A DNA stretch of 11,502 nucleotides from the NCBI GenBank assembly GCA_045602065.1, contig JAZSAX010000027.1, positions 1-11,502 on the forward strand, in the 5' to 3' direction. Of the stretch, positions 5,712-11,502 are shown in pieces. The stretch's first letter is position 1; each line of letters opens with the position of its first letter. The notes under the pieces were generated by a model. The model saw nothing but the letters and a program-made list of their open reading frames with translations, did not search any database and was not told the origin of the DNA. The position numbers were made by a program, and so were the translations under genes. Source of the DNA: Clostridia bacterium (lineage in GTDB: Bacteria; Bacillota; Clostridia; TANB77; CAG-508).

Positions 5712-5996
5712 ATGAAATTTATAATTCCACAAAACTATAATTTTAAAAATAAAATTTTGGGTATTATTGATTATTCAACAGCTTTTTTTAATATTATTTG
5801 GTATATTATTGTTTTTATTATTCTACATTTTTTATTTAAAAATTGGAATGTCAAAATATTTTTGCTTATTTCTTTTTGCTTCCCAATAACAATATTTAGT
5901 ATTGTTGGTTTTAATGGAGAGCCTATTATTTATGTTTTTAAATATCTGGCAAAATATTTTTTAAGACCCAAACTGTACTTATATAAAAAGTTTTAG
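5712..5996 (+). CDS. PrgI/TcpE-family (VirB3-like) two-TM protein
   Basis: The start is at ATG 5712, with AGGAGG (5701-5706) 5 nt upstream; the track's GTG at 5706 overlaps that SD. N-terminal IPQNYNFKNKILGIIDYST is followed by two TM helices. The C-terminal tail YLAKYFLRPKLYLYKKF resembles the ...F.RPK.R.Y tail of PrgI-family proteins as I recall them. Confidence 0.45.
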   Translation: MKFIIPQNYNFKNKILGIIDYSTAFFNIIWYIIVFIILHFLFKNWNVKIFLLISFCFPITIFSIVGFNGEPIIYVFKYLAKYFLRPKLYLYKKF

Positions 5997-6028
5997 ACAT
6001 TATCCCCTAAAAAAATTTAAATTTAGAC

Positions 6029-6056
6029 TTGATTTTATTTTCTAACATGATATAAT
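6029..6056 (+). promoter_or_regulatory. Extended -10 promoter for the dnaB/dnaI-like pair
   Basis: TTGATT (6029-6034), a 16-nt spacer containing TG (6048-6049), one base, then TATAAT (6051-6056). Confidence 0.55.
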
Positions 6057-6130
6057 TTGACTTAACTTATAGGGGAAACTAGTTCATTTCTTTTTGAACT
6101 AGATTCGTTCCTTTTGGGGGAGGAATGAAA

Positions 6131-7186
6131 ATGAAATTAGAACAGCCAGAAGTGCCTTTATTATTCTCTGAAACAGTTGTCCCTGACATCTTTTTTGCAG
6201 AGTACTTGTCACAGATGCCAGCTAATAGTGTAAAAGTTTATTTATATATGGTATTTTTATCAAAATATAAAAAAGATATAAAATTAAATGATATGTCAAA
6301 AAAGTTAGCATTGCCTTTAAAAGATTTAAATGATGCTATCTCTTATTTGGATTCAAATGGTTTTATTACCAAAAAAGAAAATGGTTACATTTTAGCCAAT
6401 TTACAAGAGATGACTCTTCACAAATTATATACACCAAATTTAACAGCATCACCAGAAAAAGTTGCTGATGTAGCTAAAAATCAAGCTCGTGCTAAAGTTA
6501 TAACACACATTAATAATGCTTATTTCCAAGGAATTATGGGACCTTCGTGGTATAATGATATTGACTTATGGTTCACAAAATATAATTTTGACGAACAAGT
6601 TATGATTGCACTTTTTGAATATTGTTTTAGTCGTTCTGCATTACACAAAAAATATGTACAAACTGTTGCAGAAGCTTGGGGTAATAATAAAATTCAAACC
6701 TGGAGTGATTTAGATTTATATTATCAAAAACAAGAAAAATTAGTAAAAATCAAAAAGACTATTGCTAAAAAACTTGGAAAAACTACACTTACTCAATATG
6801 AAGAAGCTTATATTGAAAAATGGGTCATTGATTTTGGCTATGAGTTAAATATAATAGAAATTGCTTTAAAAAGAACAACATTTAAAGCAAATCCAACATT
6901 TGAATATTTTAATAATATAATTACAGACTGGCATGATAGAAATTTAAAAACAGCAAATGAAATTCTTGCTTTTATAGAACAAAGAAATAAACAAAAGAAA
7001 GATACAAAACAATTAGAAAAACAAGTTGCAAAAGCCTCTTTTGAACAAAGGCATTATGACAATTTATCATTTTTATATGCAAACTCTGCTAATGCCGTAG
7101 TAGATTTTTCAACCAATTTAAATGGAAGTGAACCAAAAGTTGCAGCATCAAATTTTGTAAATATAGAAGGAGATATGAATGTCTAG
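6131..7186 (+). CDS. DnaD-domain replication initiation protein with B. subtilis DnaB-type architecture (winged helix plus two DDBH2 domains)
   Basis: There are two DnaD/DnaB C-terminal-type domains, each with the YxxxIxxxW motif (YVQTVAEAW and YFNNIITDW). The N-terminal region is winged-helix-like (VKVYLYMVFLSK...LNDMSKKLALPLKDLNDAISYLDSNGFI). The start is more likely ATG 6131, which is 7 nt after GGAGG at 6119-6123, than ATG 6125, which is 1 nt after it. Confidence 0.8.
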   Translation: MKLEQPEVPLLFSETVVPDIFFAEYLSQMPANSVKVYLYMVFLSKYKKDIKLNDMSKKLALPLKDLNDAISYLDSNGFITKKENGYILANLQEMTLHKLYTPNLTASPEKVADVAKNQARAKVITHINNAYFQGIMGPSWYNDIDLWFTKYNFDEQVMIALFEYCFSRSALHKKYVQTVAEAWGNNKIQTWSDLDLYYQKQEKLVKIKKTIAKKLGKTTLTQYEEAYIEKWVIDFGYELNIIEIALKRTTFKANPTFEYFNNIITDWHDRNLKTANEILAFIEQRNKQKKDTKQLEKQVAKASFEQRHYDNLSFLYANSANAVVDFSTNLNGSEPKVAASNFVNIEGDMNV

Positions 7187-8189
7187 TGAAATTTTATCTA
7201 CATTATTATTAGAATATGACCAAAAGAAACGTAAAGCCGAACTTGATTTAGAAAAACGCAAACAAGAGCTTTATGCAAAACTTCCACGCTTACAAGAAAT
7301 TGAAAATGAATTAAATAATTTTGCTATTAATGCTGCTAAAAATATTTTAAAAGGAACATCATCCTCTTTAGATGATTTAAACACCAAAGTTGCAGAATTA
7401 AAAACAGAAAAAGCAAAATTATTAAAACAAAATAAAATCGACAGTACATTTTTAGAACCTTCTTATGAGTGTGGTTTATGTAAAGATACTGGTTATGTTC
7501 AAGTAGAGAATTCAGCCTCTAGCTTATGTTCTTGCTTAAAACAAAAATTGTTAGATATTTCTTATAATAAATCAAATATATCTAACCTTGGAAAAGAAAA
7601 TTTTGATACATTTAATTTGAATATTTTTCCAGATAAAATTGATCCAAAAAAATATAAAATGAATATTTCACCACGCCAGAATATCCTTACAATAAAAGAA
7701 AAATGTATAGAATTTATTGAAAATTTTGACAATCCTGATACTCGTAATTTACTATTTACAGGTAACACTGGGCTTGGGAAAACATTTATGAGTAATTGTA
7801 TTGCAAATGAATTAATTAAAAAAGGTAAAAATGTACTTTACCAAACAGCACCTGTTTTATTAGAAACAGTTATTGATAATAAAATGAATAAATATAAAAC
7901 ATCAACTCAAGATGATTTTTATAAAAATGTTTTAGAATGTGATTTATTAATAATAGATGATTTAGGTACAGAGTGTTTGAATAGCATGAAATTAAGTGAA
8001 TTGTTTACAATTTTAAATACTCGTTTACTTAACTTAAATAATAAAATGACAAAAACTATAATTTCTACTAATTTACATATTAATAATATTTTTACAAAAT
8101 ATGAAGAACGTATAGGCTCTCGTATTGCCGGATTTTATGAAATGCATTATTTTTTCGGAGAAGACTTAAGATTTAAAGATAAAAGATAA
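7179..8189 (+). CDS. DnaI/DnaC-type replicative helicase loader (AAA+ ATPase)
   Basis: Cys4 zinc-module-like N-terminal region (CGLCKDTGY...LCSC). Walker A GNTGLGKTF, Walker B LLIIDDLGTE, sensor IISTN. The start overlaps the upstream stop by 8 nt (7179-7186), with a GAAGGAG SD at 7166-7172, so the two genes are translationally coupled. Confidence 0.85.
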   Translation: MSSEILSTLLLEYDQKKRKAELDLEKRKQELYAKLPRLQEIENELNNFAINAAKNILKGTSSSLDDLNTKVAELKTEKAKLLKQNKIDSTFLEPSYECGLCKDTGYVQVENSASSLCSCLKQKLLDISYNKSNISNLGKENFDTFNLNIFPDKIDPKKYKMNISPRQNILTIKEKCIEFIENFDNPDTRNLLFTGNTGLGKTFMSNCIANELIKKGKNVLYQTAPVLLETVIDNKMNKYKTSTQDDFYKNVLECDLLIIDDLGTECLNSMKLSELFTILNTRLLNLNNKMTKTIISTNLHINNIFTKYEERIGSRIAGFYEMHYFFGEDLRFKDKR

Positions 8190-8191
8190 AA

Positions 8192-8220
8192 GAGAAGTTT
8201 AAAAACTTCCCTTTTATTTT
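8192..8220. terminator. Weak bidirectional terminator between convergent dnaI-like and gyrA genes
   Basis: Imperfect hairpin gagaagt (8192-8198) / acttccc (8205-8211) with one mismatch. cttttatttttt follows on the plus strand and a T-run follows on the minus strand. Confidence 0.4.
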
Positions 8221-10674
8221 TTATTCGCCTTCTTCTACTTCAGCAATTTCAGGAGTTAAAGTTTCAATACTTACTACCTTTCCTCCATCAGTTGTTCTCA
8301 TAAGAGTAACACCTTGTGTTGGACGTCCTAAAATGCTAATATCTTTAACTTTTAATCTAATAATTGTTCCTGTATCTGTTATAAGCATTACATCTTCATC
8401 ATCTGTAGCGATTCTTGCTCCAACTAATTTACCAGTTTTTGGTGTAATTTTATATGTTACAACACCTTTACCACCACGAATTTGAACTCTATATTCATCA
8501 AGTTCTGTTCTTTTTCCAAATCCATTTTCAGTAATTGCAAGTAATGTAGCTTTTCCACCAGCAATTATTGATTCCATCCCTATTACTTCATCATCATCAT
8601 CAATTCTAATTCCTATAACACCTTGTGATACTCTTCCTATTGGGCGTACATCTTTTTCGTCAAAAGTAATACACATACCATTTCTTGTTACAAGAACAAC
8701 ATTATCTTCCCCATCTGTTAGCCTTACAGAAATTAATTCATCATCTTCTTTAAGAGTAATTCCTTGAAGACCTGTTTTACGTGAAGAATTATATTCAGCT
8801 AATGCTGTTTTCTTTATTAATCCATTTTTTGTTGACATTAATAAATATTTTCCTTCTGCAAAATTTTGAATTGGTATAACTGCAGAAACTTTTTCACCAG
8901 CATCTAATCTTAATAGATTTACTATTGCTGTACCTCTTGCAGTTCTTCCTGCTTCTGGAACTTCATATCCTCTTAATGTATATAATTTACCTTTATTTGT
9001 AAAGAATAGAATTGTATCATGTGTAGATGCTGTAAATATTTGTTTTACAAAGTCATCTTCTCTTGTTGCAATTCCTGTAATTCCTTTACCTCCACGTTTT
9101 TGGCTTCTATAAGTATCAATTGGCATTCTCTTAATATATCCGAAATGTGTTAAAGCAATAACTGTTTGTTCTTCTTTAATTAAATCTTCAACATCAAGTT
9201 CTCCTTCAGATGCAACAATTTTTGTCTTTCTTTCATCTCCAAACTTATCTCTTATTTCAATAAGTTCTTCTTTAATAATATCAAATACTAATCTTTCACT
9301 GTTTAATATTGCTCTTAATCTTTCGATTAATTCCATTAATTGTTTGTATTCTTCTTCTATTTTTTCACGTTGTAATCCTGATAAAGTTTTTAATCTCATA
9401 TCAAGAATAGCTTGTGCTTGGATTTCTGTTAATCCAAATCTTTCCATTAATCTTTCTTTTGCATCATCATAAGAGCTACGGATTATTGCAATTACTTCAT
9501 CTATATTATCAATTGCTATTTTTAATCCTTCTAATATATGTGCTCTTGCTAAAGCTTTATCTAACTCAAATTGTGTTCTACGTAAAATTACTGTTTTTCT
9601 ATGATCAATATAACAATCTAAACATTGTCTTAATGTTAATATTTTAGGTTCTCCATCAACAAGTGCTAACATGATTACACCAAATGTATCTTGCATTTGA
9701 GTATTTTTATATAATTGGTTTAGAACAACTTGTGGATTTGCATCTCTTTTTAGTTCCATTACAATTCTTACTCTATCATTTCTATCTGATTCATCACGTA
9801 ATTCTGAAATTCCTTCAATTCGTTTTTCCCTAGTTAATTTGGCAATATTTTCAATTAAGCGAGCTTTGTTTACTTGATATGGCAATGAAGAAACGATAAT
9901 TCTTTGTTTATTTCCGCTCATCTCCTCTATCTCAGCTTCAGCTCTCATTATGATTTTTCCTTTTCCTGTTTTGTAGGCTTCTTTAATTCCTTCTCTTCCT
10001 AAAATTAAACCTTCTGTTGGAAAATCTGGACCTTTAATTATTTGCATTAAATCATCATCAGTTACATTATCATCATCAATTATTTTTATTACACCATTTA
10101 TAACTTCTTTTAAATTATGTGGTGGTATATTTGTTGCCATACCTACGGCTATACCAGATGAACCATTTACTAATAATGTTGGAATCTTTGCAGGTAATAC
10201 TGTTGGTTCTTGTAATCTATCATCATAGTTTGGCATAAAGTCTACAGTATTTTTTTCTATATCAACAAGCATTTGCTCTGATATTTTTGACATTCTTGCT
10301 TCAGTATACCTCATTGCTGCTGCTCCATCGCCGTCAATTGAACCAAAGTTTCCATGTCCATCAATTAGCATATATCTCATTGAAAAGTCCTGTGCCATTC
10401 TTACCATTGCATCATATACAGATGCATCTCCATGAGGATGGTATCTTCCTAATACAGAACCTACTGTGTTTGCACATTTTCTGTAAGGCTTGTCTGATGT
10501 AATTCCATCTTCATGCATAGCATATAAAATTCTTCTATGTACAGGTTTTAATCCATCTCTTACATCTGGCAATGCTCTTGATACAATTACACTCATTGCA
10601 TAGTCAATGTAAGCAGTTCTCATCTCTTGTTCAATGTCTCTTTTAATTATGTTTCCATCTTGTCTTTCTTCCAT
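8221..10674 (-). CDS. gyrA: DNA gyrase subunit A
   Basis: 817 aa. Canonical N-terminus ([28 protein letters not shown]). [21 protein letters not shown]. Catalytic Tyr in AAMRYTEAR (Y123). GyrA-box QKRGGKG at 9082-9102 (residues 525-531), which distinguishes GyrA from ParC. C-terminal beta-pinwheel repeats are present. Confidence 0.97.
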   Translation of the reverse strand: MEERQDGNIIKRDIEQEMRTAYIDYAMSVIVSRALPDVRDGLKPVHRRILYAMHEDGITSDKPYRKCANTVGSVLGRYHPHGDASVYDAMVRMAQDFSMRYMLIDGHGNFGSIDGDGAAAMRYTEARMSKISEQMLVDIEKNTVDFMPNYDDRLQEPTVLPAKIPTLLVNGSSGIAVGMATNIPPHNLKEVINGVIKIIDDDNVTDDDLMQIIKGPDFPTEGLILGREGIKEAYKTGKGKIIMRAEAEIEEMSGNKQRIIVSSLPYQVNKARLIENIAKLTREKRIEGISELRDESDRNDRVRIVMELKRDANPQVVLNQLYKNTQMQDTFGVIMLALVDGEPKILTLRQCLDCYIDHRKTVILRRTQFELDKALARAHILEGLKIAIDNIDEVIAIIRSSYDDAKERLMERFGLTEIQAQAILDMRLKTLSGLQREKIEEEYKQLMELIERLRAILNSERLVFDIIKEELIEIRDKFGDERKTKIVASEGELDVEDLIKEEQTVIALTHFGYIKRMPIDTYRSQKRGGKGITGIATREDDFVKQIFTASTHDTILFFTNKGKLYTLRGYEVPEAGRTARGTAIVNLLRLDAGEKVSAVIPIQNFAEGKYLLMSTKNGLIKKTALAEYNSSRKTGLQGITLKEDDELISVRLTDGEDNVVLVTRNGMCITFDEKDVRPIGRVSQGVIGIRIDDDDEVIGMESIIAGGKATLLAITENGFGKRTELDEYRVQIRGGKGVVTYKITPKTGKLVGARIATDDEDVMLITDTGTIIRLKVKDISILGRPTQGVTLMRTTDGGKVVSIETLTPEIAEVEEGE

Positions 10675-10711
10675 TGTTTTCGACCTCTTTCTTTTTTACA
10701 TTTACAAGTGT

Positions 10712-10740
10712 ATTATATTATACCAATCCTTATTTTGCAA
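10712..10740 (-). promoter_or_regulatory. Putative dedicated gyrA promoter
   Basis: The minus strand reads TTGCAA (10740-10735), a 17-nt spacer, then TATAAT (10717-10712). An AGAGG SD lies before ATG 10674. Confidence 0.5.
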
Positions 10741-10791
10741 GGCTTTTAGCGAATTATTTTGGAATTTTTATACTAATTTATAGTACAATTT

Positions 10792-11502
10792 TTAGGTCTT
10801 TTGCGTTGATAAATTTTCTATTAGTTGATTTTCTAAATTTGTAATTTCAAAATTTTGTCCGTTATTTTTTATTAAATTATGTATCATTTCTACTTTTCTT
10901 GTTTCCTTTAAAATATTCTCTAGTGGAACTACATTATCTAATTGATTTTTTATTTTATTATATTCTTTTGTCATTCCTTTAAAATCTTTATTGTTATAGT
11001 ATTGTTTCCAATTATCAACATATCTTCCTAATTTCTCAACAACATTAGTCTGTTCATCTAATTCGTTTTTTATATTCCTTGAAATATTTTCTAATAATAT
11101 ATCTTTTCCATTTTTTATTAATGTTGTTACTGATCTGTTTATATATCCTGATTGATAAGTTTTATCAATAACTTTATCTAGTACATTTGACATTGTATCT
11201 ATAATTCCGCCATCTGCTACTGCATTTCTTACTTGAGTCATATTTTCGAAATTACCTGTAAATATTCCTATAGCACTTTTACCAAAATCAATTGCAGAAT
11301 CAACTGCAGTTTGAATTCCTTCTTTTAATCCATTTTTTAATAAGGAATCTTTTATTTCAATAACTTGATTTTCTATTAAATCTGGTAAAATAGATTTTAA
11401 TCCTATATCAATAGCATTATTTATTGTTTGTCCAATTGCTGTATTCAAAAAATTATTTTTTTCTTGTTTTATATTATTATTTATTTCATTTTGTATTTCC
11501 AT
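10792..11502 (-). CDS. Hypothetical alpha-helical protein with an internally duplicated QTxxxAIDxGxKS motif
   Basis: 236-aa ORF. Its ATG is the last three bases of the window, so completeness cannot be verified. It is N/K/E/I-rich and has no TM segment. Duplicated segment: GQTINNAIDIGLKSI versus IQTAVDSAIDFGKSAI. I recognise no family. Confidence 0.55.
   Translation of the reverse strand: MEIQNEINNNIKQEKNNFLNTAIGQTINNAIDIGLKSILPDLIENQVIEIKDSLLKNGLKEGIQTAVDSAIDFGKSAIGIFTGNFENMTQVRNAVADGGIIDTMSNVLDKVIDKTYQSGYINRSVTTLIKNGKDILLENISRNIKNELDEQTNVVEKLGRYVDNWKQYYNNKDFKGMTKEYNKIKNQLDNVVPLENILKETRKVEMIHNLIKNNGQNFEITNLENQLIENLSTQKT

Larger units (their letters stand above)
2603..5996 (+). other. T4SS-derived five-gene operon (coupling-protein ATPase plus VirB2-, VirB6- and VirB3-like membrane proteins) lacking VirB4 and relaxase
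   Basis: All five ORFs are on one strand, with gaps of 8-15 nt or overlapping stop/start. Individual SDs are present and no internal terminator hairpins are seen. See the component CDS entries. Confidence 0.5.

Noticed and set aside
2603-6001. 8-mer TAGACATT present at both edges of the T4SS-like operon (2603-2610 and 5994-6001), considered as possible att-like direct repeats
   Set aside because: It is too short to be significant in about 27% GC DNA. Both copies are explained otherwise: one is a -35-like element and the other overlaps the PrgI-like stop codon. No integrase is nearby.
8221-10674. Possibility that the 817-aa topoisomerase subunit is ParC rather than GyrA
   Set aside because: A canonical GyrA-box (QKRGGKG, 9082-9102) is present at the start of the C-terminal domain. 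ParC proteins lack it.
1-11502. CRISPR arrays, rRNA genes, transposases or integrases, riboswitch or T-box leaders, and alternative genetic code (UGA=Trp)
   Set aside because: I saw no regularly spaced direct repeats, no rRNA-like conserved blocks and no recombinase-like ORFs. Intergenic leaders are too short for T-box elements or riboswitches. All genes read through intact with the standard code, and Trp is encoded by TGG.

Overview
This is an AT-rich chromosomal segment; hand-counted 60-nt lines mostly give 20-35% GC. It uses the standard genetic code, and its gene content looks like a low-GC Firmicutes/Clostridia-type organism. From left to right the window holds the following.

- A small cytosolic protein with a CBM25/53-like starch-binding signature (127-606, +).
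- A convergent classical SDR oxidoreductase (650-1363, -).
- A self-contained orphan gene with atypical GC-rich codons (1528-1905, +).
- A minus-strand tRNA operon, Lys(UUU)-Glu(UUC)-Thr(UGU), at 2010-2276, with its own near-consensus promoter.
- A DUF1858/redox-disulfide protein (2360-2545, -).
- A tightly packed five-gene plus-strand operon (about 2653-5996). It encodes a tiny TM protein, a TrwB/TraD/VirD4-like coupling-protein ATPase, a VirB2/TrbC-topology protein, a VirB6/TrbL-like polytopic protein and a PrgI/TcpE (VirB3)-like protein.
- A translationally coupled pair: a DnaB(Bsu)/DnaD-type replication protein and a DnaI/DnaC-type helicase loader (6131-8189, +).
- A convergent gyrA (8221-10674, -) with its own promoter and no adjacent gyrB.
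- A helical hypothetical protein (10792-11502, -) whose start codon coincides with the window edge.

The most interesting object is the T4SS-like operon. It has a coupling protein and three inner-membrane T4SS-like components. The window contains no VirB4 ATPase, relaxase, VirB8-like protein, cell-wall hydrolase, adhesin or integrase, and the operon sits among housekeeping genes. It is either a sharply truncated ICE remnant or a domesticated, VirB4-less minimal translocon. All family assignments come from motif recognition by eye, not from database searches.
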